A stretch of 64,000 bases of DNA from a virus (Duplodnaviria > Caudoviricetes). The DNA is taken from positions 1 to 64,000 of the IMG/VR virus record IMGVR_UViG_2513237266_000002; one strand, 5' to 3'. The stretch's first letter is position 1. Every line of letters starts with the position of its first letter. A program made the position numbers and the translations under genes. The notes beneath the pieces are model-generated. The model worked only from the letters and a program-made list of their open reading frames with translations. It was not told where the DNA came from and searched no databases. Of this stretch, positions 47,802 through 57,429 are shown piece after piece.

Positions 47802-48980
47802 TCACTTCTTCATTCCAGCTTCCATTGCGGTTTTACCGTCATATTCAGCTAGGTATTTACCGTAATTGCGGAATAACATTTCCGGCCCTTTGTGGCCCAT
47901 CTGTCCAGCAAGCCAGAAGAGGTTAACGCCCTGGCTAATATGCTTGGTGGCGAACGTGTGACGGGTCTGGTACGGGTTACGGTAACGCACGCCTGCTTTT
48001 TTCAGTGTCGGTACCCATGCTTTTTTGCGGATCGCGTCGGCGTTCGCCCAGGGCTCCCCCGTTTTCGGATCGCTGAATATGAACTCACTTTTCATAAAGG
48101 TGTATTGTTTCTGCGCCTGCAGGGCTGCCAGCGCTTCACTGTTCAGCTCCACCTTACGGGTACCGGCTTTTGTCTTGGTACCTTTAAGTACCCCTACGAC
48201 ACTAGCTGCCTGTACGTGGGCGGTGTTCGCTATAGTATCGAGATCAGGCCAGCGCAGCGCGCACAGTTCGGAGCTCCGCAGACCGGTATTGAAGGCGAAG
48301 CGGAACAGGTTTTCCCATTCCGGGTATCTGCAGCTCTGGTAAATAGCGAGGGTTTCCGCTGGCGTGAACGGGTCAACCACGTAATCGTCGGCGCTTGGAC
48401 TGTTGTCGATCACATGGTACCGGCTGGCACTGACAAGGGTTACCGGGTTAATGGTCAGCAGACCATCCGTAACAGCTTCATCGATGGCGCTGCGTAGAAA
48501 CGAAAGGTTATTTCTGGTCGTTTTCAGCTTTGTTTTCCGGCTTGCTATCCAGTTTTTAAGGACCGCCGGCGTCAGTTCTGACACGTGGAGTTTATGTAGG
48601 GCTGACAGCGCCGACAGGCATTTTTCATAACCGTTGATAGTCGACGGGGACAGGTTGCGGTTCTGGCAGATTTTCAGGTACTCGTCCAGGTAAGACTTTA
48701 TATTTTTGGTCTTCTTCACTACCCCGAACAGCTCCAGCTTTTTGGAGTTGGGGAAATATTTCGCATATTCAAAGGTGCTACTGACGATCTGGTTTTGTAT
48801 CTCCCCGAGCAGGCGCTCGGCGTACTTCACACCGCGCGCGTTTGCTTCCATTTTGGAGAGGGGCTCCCGGCACAGAACCCCTTTGTATGTGAAAGTGATA
48901 ACCAGAGTGTCGCCAGTTTTATGCTGGCGGATGGTTACTCCTCTTGGGAGAGATAATGATCCTTGTTCTTTCTTGCCCAC
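47802..48980 (-). CDS. int: Tyrosine integrase, paralog of 1-1176
   Basis: TGLRSSEL, YQTRHTFAT, MGHKGPEMLFRNY. Confidence 0.95.
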   Translation of the reverse strand: MGKKEQGSLSLPRGVTIRQHKTGDTLVITFTYKGVLCREPLSKMEANARGVKYAERLLGEIQNQIVSSTFEYAKYFPNSKKLELFGVVKKTKNIKSYLDEYLKICQNRNLSPSTINGYEKCLSALSALHKLHVSELTPAVLKNWIASRKTKLKTTRNNLSFLRSAIDEAVTDGLLTINPVTLVSASRYHVIDNSPSADDYVVDPFTPAETLAIYQSCRYPEWENLFRFAFNTGLRSSELCALRWPDLDTIANTAHVQAASVVGVLKGTKTKAGTRKVELNSEALAALQAQKQYTFMKSEFIFSDPKTGEPWANADAIRKKAWVPTLKKAGVRYRNPYQTRHTFATKHISQGVNLFWLAGQMGHKGPEMLFRNYGKYLAEYDGKTAMEAGMKK

Positions 48981-49144
48981 TTTGAAACCTCCGTTAAGTC
49001 AATCCAGCGTTCTTTAACGCCATCGACTTTTAATACATGTACTCCCTCCTTCCATAACCCCCTTTGTATCCGTTTGTTAACGGCTTCTACCGTTTCCCCC
49101 GCGTCCCTGCAGTACGTAGAAAGGGGTACACAGTCAAGACTCAT
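48935..49144 (-). CDS. xis: Excisionase
   Basis: MSLDCVPLSTYC.., paralog of 1137-1343. Confidence 0.8.
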   Translation of the reverse strand: MSLDCVPLSTYCRDAGETVEAVNKRIQRGLWKEGVHVLKVDGVKERWIDLTEVSKWARKNKDHYLSQEE

Positions 49145-49442
49145 GGCTGACCTCCCGCCCGAAAGCCTGGGCATTTTCCAGTTCATTAGCTGCATAAATC
49201 AGCGCGTTGTGATGTGAGCGAAAACCACCATCGAGTTCGCGAGCAGCTCTGTCGCGCAAGATGTCGATCGCAGCCTGATAGTCATTCTGGCAATCGGCTG
49301 ACTTTTCAGCCGAACAGGCTGGCAGCTTCCCCAGTACCATCAACATGTTTTCCGGGGCGATGGGAATGGTGGCGAGCCCCAGCTCTTTGGCCTCCACCGC
49401 TAAACGGGTCCAGCGGCTAATAATGTCTTGGTGTTTACTCAC
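49134..49442 (-). CDS. Phage hypothetical early protein
   Basis: Coupled in leftward operon. Confidence 0.65.
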   Translation of the reverse strand: MSKHQDIISRWTRLAVEAKELGLATIPIAPENMLMVLGKLPACSAEKSADCQNDYQAAIDILRDRAARELDGGFRSHHNALIYAANELENAQAFGREVSHES

Positions 49443-49873
49443 GGCAAATCCTCCCATTTGAGGTTTTTACCTGTTCGGCGATGGATTTCATTCCTTTTCA
49501 AATGCAGCAGATGTCTACAGTAATCACAGCAATCCATGTTGTTCTTCGGATTTTTAATCGCATTTGCTCTCCGATATGTGTACGTACCGCAGGCGCAACG
49601 AACCACGTAGCGCATACTGTCTCCTTGTTTGATAGCGGCGATCCCAATTACGGTCATTCGCCCGAAAACCCTCCCTCGGAATAAATAAAATTGTTCCCGC
49701 TGCGTTCGATCCATTTGACATATTTCAAGAGTAGGGAGTGGTGTTTCGCTATCCCCCTGCTCGCGTTTTTTGTCTGGCTGCCAATCAATGCCCTTACCGA
49801 TAACCCTGGCTGCAACACGATCCGCTGGAACTCTAGTCACATCGAATAAATCTTTTGCCATTCCGAACACCAT
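49439..49873 (-). CDS. Hypothetical protein with GRVFGRMTV..CACG..CCDYC motif
   Basis: Resembles N-terminal zinc/DNA-binding repeats of phage HNH/AP2 proteins. Confidence 0.55.
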   Translation of the reverse strand: MVFGMAKDLFDVTRVPADRVAARVIGKGIDWQPDKKREQGDSETPLPTLEICQMDRTQREQFYLFRGRVFGRMTVIGIAAIKQGDSMRYVVRCACGTYTYRRANAIKNPKNNMDCCDYCRHLLHLKRNEIHRRTGKNLKWEDLP

Positions 49874-49964
49874 TAGAAGTTCATTAAAAATTTGTACTCA
49901 ATCAGCGCGCCGAACACGACGGCCACCAATAACAGGCCAAACAACATTGACAGGAGGAAAGATT

Positions 49965-50189
49965 TCATCGTGTCGCCTCCCGCTGAACAGTTTTGTACGC
50001 ACGCAGCATGTCGCGAGATTTACCTGATAAAGCCGTCTTCATGAAGAACATCCCAGTACGGGTTGCAATGATGTCTGGTGTGCAAAGCAGCGTGGCATCG
50101 ACCACCCGGTTATGTTTACGGAACTCAAACACCGTACTGGTGATAACGATGTTCGCTACGGCGCCATAGTCCTGGTATTGGATTTTCAT
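49965..50189 (-). CDS. Phage hypothetical protein
   Basis: ATGA overlap coupling. Confidence 0.7.
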   Translation of the reverse strand: MKIQYQDYGAVANIVITSTVFEFRKHNRVVDATLLCTPDIIATRTGMFFMKTALSGKSRDMLRAYKTVQREATR

Positions 50190-50407
50190 TTTCTGTCCTT
50201 CAGTTTGCTGTATCGTTCATGGCTCATCACTTCCCAGTTCTGGCCGCCGTCACGGGACAGTAACCGCCAGCGGCGATTAACCCTCAGGCTCAAGTTTCCG
50301 GAGCCGTGCATACGGCAGGGATGAATTCGCCTGGCTCTGAACTGGCGGAGTATATTGACCGCCTGCAGGTGCACCCACTCAGGAATTCGTATCGCTGTCA
50401 GGGCCAT
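50186..50407 (-). CDS. Small basic RelE/ParE-like fold protein
   Basis: LSLRVNRRWRLL....WEVMSHERY pattern. Confidence 0.5.
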   Translation of the reverse strand: MALTAIRIPEWVHLQAVNILRQFRARRIHPCRMHGSGNLSLRVNRRWRLLSRDGGQNWEVMSHERYSKLKDRK

Positions 50408-50591
50408 TGTCCTTGCCTCCTGCTGGTGGGGTTACCGTGTAACCGGCTCGTTCTGCCATCCATAGAAATGTCTCAAGCGATGCTGTAACCTCGCCGTTCT
50501 GAACCGGACGCGCGTGGATAACCTTTCCGTTCTCGATCGTCAGCACGATATTTACTGGTTCGTGCGTGATAATTGGTGTCTGATCACTCAT
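50379..50591 (-). CDS. Phage hypothetical protein
   Basis: Coupled in leftward operon. Confidence 0.65.
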   Translation of the reverse strand: MSDQTPIITHEPVNIVLTIENGKVIHARPVQNGEVTASLETFLWMAERAGYTVTPPAGGKDNGPDSDTNS

Positions 50592-50946
50592 GGCTTGTTT
50601 CCGCTGTGACTGATTTTTTCTTGGCAAACTCAACCAGCTCAGAAATGAGCTCGTCGATTAATGCCTTTCCGCTTTCTGTAAGGAACTCACCGCTGCCATT
50701 CACATCTACGGCGTTGCTGTAAATTCCTCGGATGGCTTTTACACCTTCAATATTTCCGTACTCACTGAGGATCATTTTTTCGAATCGCCTCAACAGGCCG
50801 TCAATTAGTATTTCTGTTAATTCGATAGTGTTAATTCCACCCTTAGGCATATTAATGATGATGCAGGTGCTTCCTGTTTTTCGCTGATGGCGTAATAGCG
50901 CAGATTTAAGAATTCTGTGGCGATACGTATTGATTAAATTATTCAC
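50584..50946 (-). CDS. Phage hypothetical protein
   Basis: GTG start after AGAGGA; coupled. Confidence 0.65.
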   Translation of the reverse strand: MNNLINTYRHRILKSALLRHQRKTGSTCIIINMPKGGINTIELTEILIDGLLRRFEKMILSEYGNIEGVKAIRGIYSNAVDVNGSGEFLTESGKALIDELISELVEFAKKKSVTAETSHE

Positions 50947-51130
50947 GTCGCTTTTCCTCTGCTTCACACCAGTACAATAAATTCGCCGAAGCATTAAGAG
51001 CCATACCTAGCAAAGAATTTTTTTGATTTGTGTTTAACTCACTATTGCTTATTACTATTTCCAGAATGGTGTTTAGGTTCTCTGCCTCTAAAAGTATTTC
51101 ATCTATCCCAGCCGTCTTTGGGTTCCACAT
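50939..51130 (-). CDS. Small helical hypothetical protein
   Basis: GGAGA upstream; coupled. Confidence 0.55.
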   Translation of the reverse strand: MWNPKTAGIDEILLEAENLNTILEIVISNSELNTNQKNSLLGMALNASANLLYWCEAEEKRRE

Positions 51131-51237
51131 TTTCTATCTCCCATATGCTTTTTTTAGGTAAAGCCGCGCGATTACCTCGTAACCGCAGGACGCATAAAGG
51201 CATGCTGTTCTATATGCCGATTTATCTATAATGAGAG

Positions 51238-51624
51238 TCATATGAAGTGCCTCACAGCCAAAGAAGCGACAACCCTTCCGTGGATACGCATGTCTTTTTG
51301 CTCACCAGCATTAAGCGTGAAAGTTTGGTAATGGAGATTGTCAGAAATAATCTTTAATGCGCCGTTCGGCAATGGCTCTATTCGCTTAATGAACAGGCAG
51401 CTACGACCGAAAACATCGCCCGTAAAAACATATATACCGGGTGTAAGAACGCGGCCTCCACAATCAACAAAAGCCACTACCTCACAGGGTTCGATAGTCG
51501 GCTGCATTGAATCACCTTCCATCCTGCAGCTCTTAACTCTGTTTCCAAAATCATTAATATTGTCAGAGCCAAATAACATTTGAGGCGCTTTAATTGGCTT
51601 GTTAAAAGAAAGTGAAGTTTGCAT
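51238..51624 (-). CDS. Stand-alone S24 peptidase-domain protein (no HTH)
   Basis: MEGDSMQPTI, FIKRIE, IISDN, IHGRVV. Confidence 0.8.
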   Translation of the reverse strand: MQTSLSFNKPIKAPQMLFGSDNINDFGNRVKSCRMEGDSMQPTIEPCEVVAFVDCGGRVLTPGIYVFTGDVFGRSCLFIKRIEPLPNGALKIISDNLHYQTFTLNAGEQKDMRIHGRVVASLAVRHFI

Positions 51625-51685
51625 TTCATTTCCTCAAGGTGAGTTTGCACCCACTCAAATAAGTGTTTGTAAATTTATTTTTTAT

Positions 51686-51904
51686 TTAAAGTTTATAAGT
51701 ATCGAAGTCAGCAATGCTCTTGTTTAAATTATTCAATGTCTGGACTACCAAAGTAATTAGAGCGTGCTCTCGTTCTTCTTCAGCGCTCGTCATTTGTTCC
51801 AAGAGAAGCCATAACGAACATTCGCAGCACCGCACATCATGTGACCAGCTTAGAATTGTTCTGCTTGTTTCTTCCTTATTCAAAGTGACGGTTTTATCAT
51901 TCAT
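51686..51904 (-). CDS. Small helical hypothetical protein
   Basis: GGAGA RBS; ATGA overlap. Confidence 0.6.
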   Translation of the reverse strand: MNDKTVTLNKEETSRTILSWSHDVRCCECSLWLLLEQMTSAEEEREHALITLVVQTLNNLNKSIADFDTYKL

Positions 51905-52116
51905 TGTTTATTCTCCGGCCAATCTTGACCAATCTCATTGTTTAACGTGGAGAGATTTTTTTTAAGTTGATTTATGCAAATTTTAATAACTGATGCAGGC
52001 TTGTAAGCAGCCTCAGGATCGGATTCAGTATATTCAAGTGCGTTAATTACGCGGTCAATATCCATGGCTAATTGATGGATCTTACCGTTTTTTGATATAA
52101 GCGTTTCTATACTCAT
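51901..52116 (-). CDS. First gene of prophage 2 pL operon, hypothetical
   Basis: GGAG RBS; position. Confidence 0.6.
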   Translation of the reverse strand: MSIETLISKNGKIHQLAMDIDRVINALEYTESDPEAAYKPASVIKICINQLKKNLSTLNNEIGQDWPENKQ

Positions 52117-52279
52117 TTCGTGGCTCCGTTATTTGCCGTTAAATTAATAATACTAGATGTTTTAATATCTGCAATACTAAAAGTATAGTTTTGTGGCGAG
52201 ATAATGCTTACTTATTGAAATGTAAGGATATAAAAAAAGCCTGTCAGGATAGACAGGCTTTGTACTGTTAGTAGCTAAA

Positions 52280-52981
52280 TTACAGCCACATCATAGCTTG
52301 AACGACGACCCCTATGATCCGGCAGTTGCCATTGATAGGAGTAAGAGGGTATTGAGGATTCAATGGCTTGAGGTAAGTCTTGCCTGCGTCGATTACCAAC
52401 TTTTTAAAGGTTGCTTCGTTTGCGTCGGTAAGTTTGGCGACAACTAGGCTTCCATTTGTTGGCTCTTTGCCTGTATCGACTAAGACATACATACCTTCAG
52501 GAATGCTCATTCCTACAGGAGAGGTCATTGAATCACCCTGTACTTTTAACCAGAATCCTTGTCCTTCAATGTGAGCGTCGGAATCGTACCACTCATCAAT
52601 CTCTTTGAGAGTATATGGCTCAATAGCCTCACACCATGCTCCTGCGCTTACCCAACTAATTAGCGGATAGGTGCCTCTTGGTTTGGATGGGCCATGATAA
52701 GTAATGTTTGATACCTGAGATAAAAGCTCAGCCTCTTTTGCAAGCGCAGGGCTGAAACTCGAAATCGGCTCGTGAAGCAGTTTCGCAAACTTAGCTGCAA
52801 CTGGAAGATTCAGTGGGTTTCTCCCGTTCAGGTAGTGACCGACTGCACCTTGAGAGATGTCCAGTTCGTCAGCTATATCAGCCTGCGTGATCCCCAACTC
52901 CTTTTTCTTCGAGTCATACAAAGCTTTTAAGCGTATTGCGTCTTGAAGCTGCTCTGTGGTCAATCTGCTTTTCTTTTCCAT
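52280..52981 (-). CDS. cI: Lambda-like CI repressor
   Basis: LTTEQLQDAIRLKALYDSKKKELGITQ; VSAG, GDSM, TFKKL. Confidence 0.95.
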   Translation of the reverse strand: MEKKSRLTTEQLQDAIRLKALYDSKKKELGITQADIADELDISQGAVGHYLNGRNPLNLPVAAKFAKLLHEPISSFSPALAKEAELLSQVSNITYHGPSKPRGTYPLISWVSAGAWCEAIEPYTLKEIDEWYDSDAHIEGQGFWLKVQGDSMTSPVGMSIPEGMYVLVDTGKEPTNGSLVVAKLTDANEATFKKLVIDAGKTYLKPLNPQYPLTPINGNCRIIGVVVQAMMWL

Positions 52982-53073
52982 GGCCTGATTTAATACCAAA
53001 AGTTTGATTATGTCTCCTACCTATAGTACCCTTCATTTTAATACTTTTAGTAGTATTTAATCGTAGAGGACGT

Positions 53074-53280
53074 ATGAACCAGATTACTCTTAAGGAATAC
53101 GTGAAAGAGCACGGCCAGGTAAGAGCTGGCGCAGCGCTCGGAGTAACGCAAATTGCCATAAGCAAAGCATTAAGAGCCGGTCGGGAAATCTTTGTTGTGA
53201 TTTCTGAAGAAGGGGCTGTTTCAGCTTTTGAAAATAAAGCATTCCCATCTAAGCGGCGAAGCGATGAAACCAGAGCCTGA
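53074..53280 (+). CDS. cro: Lambda-like Cro
   Basis: ITLKEYV..GQVRAGAALGVTQIAISKALRAGR..KAFPS. Confidence 0.92.
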   Translation: MNQITLKEYVKEHGQVRAGAALGVTQIAISKALRAGREIFVVISEEGAVSAFENKAFPSKRRSDETRA

Positions 53281-53560
53281 GTTACTCAGCATCTTACCTT
53301 CCGATTTCAGCCAAGCGGATGCTGAGTGGATTAAGCAGCAGTTATTCAGCCTGACACCCACTGCACGACAAAAAGCGCTCCAGCGTTATGCAGCTGTGTA
53401 TCAAGAGACGTTCGAGGCTGAACCCGTTTCCTACCGAAAGGAGAATCGGGCAAGGCATGAAGCAAACACAAGGCTTCGCCTGTTTGTGAGAGATCAGGGC
53501 AGAGCTTTACAGGGGTATACCGCCGAACCTCCCCTGGCTGGAACGCGACAGCGCTCCTGA
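53264..53560 (+). CDS. Hypothetical protein after cro
   Basis: Overlaps cro end; same operon. Confidence 0.7.
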   Translation: MKPEPELLSILPSDFSQADAEWIKQQLFSLTPTARQKALQRYAAVYQETFEAEPVSYRKENRARHEANTRLRLFVRDQGRALQGYTAEPPLAGTRQRS

Positions 53561-53987
53561 TTGTTTCGGGTTTAAAGGTACCCGAACAGAAGCAGGCTTA
53601 AAGGTGCCTGTTCAGGTTGGCAACCAACTGACCCAACTCCTCATATGTACTAGGGAAGTAGTACGTTTTTATGGGGAAGAGGGAAAGGGGGGTAAGGGGG
53701 GATTGGGTGCAGGGGTAGGAATAGGGTCTTTTCCAACAGGAGAGATCCATTGGTTAAGTAGATCACTGTCTTAAGGGCGCAATTAAAAAAAAGCCTGTAT
53801 CAGCAAGGTGGTACAAAGCGCTCAGGCGCTGAGAAACAAAAAGGGTTCTTCCTGGAAGAGTGATTTTTCAGAGGAGCTGAATCAGAAGGGAGGCTGGCAG
53901 CCTTTGGGGAGGCCACCAGCCATGTGAGGGGGAATCCATGAAAACCACATCACAAAATTATTATCTCATCAGCACGGGAGCTGCACA

Positions 53988-55604
53988 ATGGAGCTGACGA
54001 TCACGCCGAATTTTGCACAGGAACGAGCGCTAAACATGTTGCGCCGTGACTGGAAGGCAAACGACACCTTCATGGTGTACTCGCCAACCGGAAGCGGTAA
54101 AACGGGTTTGGCCGCCTTCATTGTCGCCGGGTTTGTCAGCCGTGGGATGCGCGTCCTGTTCTGTGCACCGTACACCATCCTGATCGGACAGACGGCTAAT
54201 CGGTTCGTGGAGTATGGATTACCGGGGGATGAAATCGGTTATATCTGGGCGGATCACCCGAACTACGATCCGGACCGGAAAATTCAGATTGCCAGCGCCG
54301 ACACGCTTATTCGTCGTGTTTTTCCTGAAAATATTGATCTGCTGATTATCGATGAAGCACACCTGCGTAAAAAGCGCATCCTGAAGGATATAGAACGTCT
54401 GCGCGGCAAAGGCGTAAAGGTGATTGGCCTGTCGGGTACTCCGTTTTCCCCGTTCCTGGGAAAATACTATGACCGACTGATTAAACCGACCACCATCGGC
54501 GAGTTAATCCAGCGTGGCGATCTGAGTAAATACGAATTTTACGCGCCAACTAAGCCGGATCTGAAAGGAGTTAAAACCAAAGCATCGCTTGAATACGGGA
54601 GCGATTACAACGAAACGCAGCTGGCTGAAATCATGTGCGGCTCTACGCTGGTGGGCGACATCGTACAGAACTGGCTGGAGAATGGCCGGGATCTGCCTAC
54701 CATCGCTTTCTGCGTCAACGTAGCCCACGCCAATTACCTGACAATTCAGTTTAACCTGGCGGGTGTAAACGCTGAGGTCATGACCGCCGACACTCCAGTG
54801 GATGAACGCCAGACCATTATTCACCGCTTCGAAACCGGTGCAACGAAAATCATCGTTAGTGTGGGCGTGCTGGTGGCCGGCTTCGATAGTGACGTTCGTT
54901 GCATCATCTACGCTAGGCCAACAAAAAGCGAAATTCGCTGGCTGCAGGCGCTCGGGCGTGGCCTGCGCACCGCACCGGGTAAAGAGTCCTGCCTCATCTT
55001 CGATCACAGCGGTACCGTGCACCGTTTGGGTTATCCGGATTCAATCGAGTACGACGATCTTCCCGGTAAGTCTGACGGCATGGAGGAAAGCGCGCGCCGC
55101 GCAGCTGAGGAACGGGCCGAAAAGCTGCCACATGAATGCTCACAATGCCACTACATGAAACCCGCTGGTGTGTACGTCTGCCCGAAATGTGGGCATAAGC
55201 CGCTGGGCGGTGAGGACGTCGATACCGACACCGGCCGCAAACTCAAAAAGCTGGGTAAAAACCAGCATCAGCCCACTAAGGCAGAGAAACAGGCCTGGTG
55301 GAGTCAGATCAAATTCTATCAGCGCCAGCGCGTATCGCAGGGGAAAAAGCCCGTCAGCGATGGCTGGTGCGCAAATACCTTTCGCGAACGGTTTGACGAG
55401 TGGCCTAACGGGTTAAGCGATTTCCCGATGGAGATCACTCCGACCGTCTCTAATTTCATCCGGCACAAACAGATTGCGTATGCGAAAGGGCAGGAGAAGG
55501 CCAGGCGCCTGCAGGAGGCATCAGGCACGGCAGCCCCATCCTCAGTACAGCAAGCACAGAAAGCGATTAGCGATATCAAACAGCAGTTAGGTAAACGAGC
55601 ATGA
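53988..55604 (+). CDS. SF2 (DEAH) helicase with zinc finger
   Basis: SPTGSGKT, IDEAH, GLSGTP, QALGRGLR, CSQC/CPKC. Confidence 0.93.
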   Translation: MELTITPNFAQERALNMLRRDWKANDTFMVYSPTGSGKTGLAAFIVAGFVSRGMRVLFCAPYTILIGQTANRFVEYGLPGDEIGYIWADHPNYDPDRKIQIASADTLIRRVFPENIDLLIIDEAHLRKKRILKDIERLRGKGVKVIGLSGTPFSPFLGKYYDRLIKPTTIGELIQRGDLSKYEFYAPTKPDLKGVKTKASLEYGSDYNETQLAEIMCGSTLVGDIVQNWLENGRDLPTIAFCVNVAHANYLTIQFNLAGVNAEVMTADTPVDERQTIIHRFETGATKIIVSVGVLVAGFDSDVRCIIYARPTKSEIRWLQALGRGLRTAPGKESCLIFDHSGTVHRLGYPDSIEYDDLPGKSDGMEESARRAAEERAEKLPHECSQCHYMKPAGVYVCPKCGHKPLGGEDVDTDTGRKLKKLGKNQHQPTKAEKQAWWSQIKFYQRQRVSQGKKPVSDGWCANTFRERFDEWPNGLSDFPMEITPTVSNFIRHKQIAYAKGQEKARRLQEASGTAAPSSVQQAQKAISDIKQQLGKRA

Positions 55605-56569
55605 AGACGGCAGAAGCAGCAAAAGGCCAATGGGCCATGATTTTCGAACATTATGGACTGCCGCCGATCACCGGTAAACACCATTTCAGAGGCAAATGTC
55701 CGCTTTGTGATTCGATTGGTAAATTCCGCATCGATGACCGCGACGGTGCGGGAACCTGGATTTGCACCTGCGGCTACGGTACGGGATTGGACTTGGTTAC
55801 CAAAACCCAGGGCAAACCATTTAACGAGGTGTGCCGCGAAATTGATGAGCTGATCGGCAATACGTTTAGGCGTGACAAAGTGCCTGAAGCCAGTGACGCT
55901 TCTAAACTGCGGAAAAAGGTACTCAACAATTTTGCAAAAATGGCTCCTTTGCGCGGTACCCCCGGCGCCGATTACCTTAATTCTCGCGGTATTTTTAAGC
56001 TTCCAGCCGAGGCGGTACGGTTAAACCCAAAGCAACGGCATAACGGCCGTGTCTACCAGTCGATCTATTCACTGGCAACAGACGATAAAGGGGAGCTGTG
56101 TTACCTCCACCAGACGTTACTCGATGGCGCAAAAAAGGCTGATATCGGGGCCAGCGCAAAGCGACAGAAATCACTACAGGAAGATAACTATCTCGATCAT
56201 GCCCGGTCAGTTGCGATCCGTATGTTCCCGGTCGCCAGCACCCTAGGCATTGCCGAAGGCATCGAAACGGCCCTATCTGCGCACCAGATTTATAACGTGA
56301 ATACCTGGGCGACTATGACGGCAAATTTCATGAAGAAATTCCGCGTTCCTGCTGGTGTTAAGCACTTGATTATTTTTGCCGACCGCGACGAGAACAGCGC
56401 TACCGGGCTGGCGGCTGCGTATGAATGCGCTCATGCCAATCTGCTGGCAAAGAATGATCTGCAGCGTGTGAGCGTGTACTGGCCGGATCACGATGATTTC
56501 AACAATATGCTCATGAACGGTGATCAGGTTCGTGAGCTGGTTTTCCACAAGAAAAAGGCGGCTGCGTAA
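55601..56569 (+). CDS. Primase (zinc-binding plus Toprim)
   Basis: CPLC..CTCG; IAEGIETAL; IFADRD; DDFN. Confidence 0.9.
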   Translation: MKTAEAAKGQWAMIFEHYGLPPITGKHHFRGKCPLCDSIGKFRIDDRDGAGTWICTCGYGTGLDLVTKTQGKPFNEVCREIDELIGNTFRRDKVPEASDASKLRKKVLNNFAKMAPLRGTPGADYLNSRGIFKLPAEAVRLNPKQRHNGRVYQSIYSLATDDKGELCYLHQTLLDGAKKADIGASAKRQKSLQEDNYLDHARSVAIRMFPVASTLGIAEGIETALSAHQIYNVNTWATMTANFMKKFRVPAGVKHLIIFADRDENSATGLAAAYECAHANLLAKNDLQRVSVYWPDHDDFNNMLMNGDQVRELVFHKKKAAA

Positions 56570-57429
56570 TGCGTATTGATAACAACGAACATAAAGCACT
56601 ATTCACCATCCCGACGGCAGCGCACAGCTCCGCCCTCGCAAACATCAAGCCTTTGCCCGAGCAACGGAGAATCACCGGGCATAAGCAGACTGACGCTTAT
56701 CTTTGGGTGCTGGAGGTTATCCGCCTGAACGAACCCGCACATCTGGGCGCAGCCGAAGTCGCGCTGGAAAAAATTAAAATCTCCCCAAAAGAGGCCGAGG
56801 AACGTTACGCGCGTTATTTGCTGGCGAATGGTGGCGATCCTTTCCAGGTTGCCTTCGGTACCATCGGCATGGATAACCCGGCCCTGGCAATCAAGAACGC
56901 CCGGGAGAACATCAAAAAAGCAGCATCAGTCAGGGCCACGTTCGGCAGCTATGAGGCAGTTCTCGAAGATGTGGAGGCCGAGCGAGTAATCAAGTCTTCC
57001 CCGAAATTTATCGACGATCACCTTTGGGGATGGACTCCGGCCGAGAAGAAAGCTGGCAGAATTAACGGCAGCCGTATGAACAAAATTGATGAACAGCGTC
57101 GGGCTTTTGTTGAGGGATATCGCGATGTGATGCCTGAGCCTTATACGCTGTCTGACGTTGTTCGTGAGTTTGTTTACTGGGATTGGCTCTACAGCGTTCG
57201 CCATAGTGCGGGAAAGGAACTCGGTTATGAATTTGGTTATTCCGAGCATCACGAATCTGTATATGACCGCGAGCGCTACCTTGAAAAATTGCTGGCAACC
57301 ATCAAACCCGTAACGCGAGCTGAAGCTATCGAGGTATGCCGCTGGTTTATGGAAAGCGGAAAGGACGAATTCATGGAAGACAACGGCGCAGCGGTGATTC
57401 TTAACCTGGTAGGGGAGTGTGAAGAATGA
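56569..57429 (+). CDS. Conserved phage hypothetical protein
   Basis: ITGHKQTDAYLWVLEVI; coupled. Confidence 0.75.
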   Translation: MRIDNNEHKALFTIPTAAHSSALANIKPLPEQRRITGHKQTDAYLWVLEVIRLNEPAHLGAAEVALEKIKISPKEAEERYARYLLANGGDPFQVAFGTIGMDNPALAIKNARENIKKAASVRATFGSYEAVLEDVEAERVIKSSPKFIDDHLWGWTPAEKKAGRINGSRMNKIDEQRRAFVEGYRDVMPEPYTLSDVVREFVYWDWLYSVRHSAGKELGYEFGYSEHHESVYDRERYLEKLLATIKPVTRAEAIEVCRWFMESGKDEFMEDNGAAVILNLVGECEE

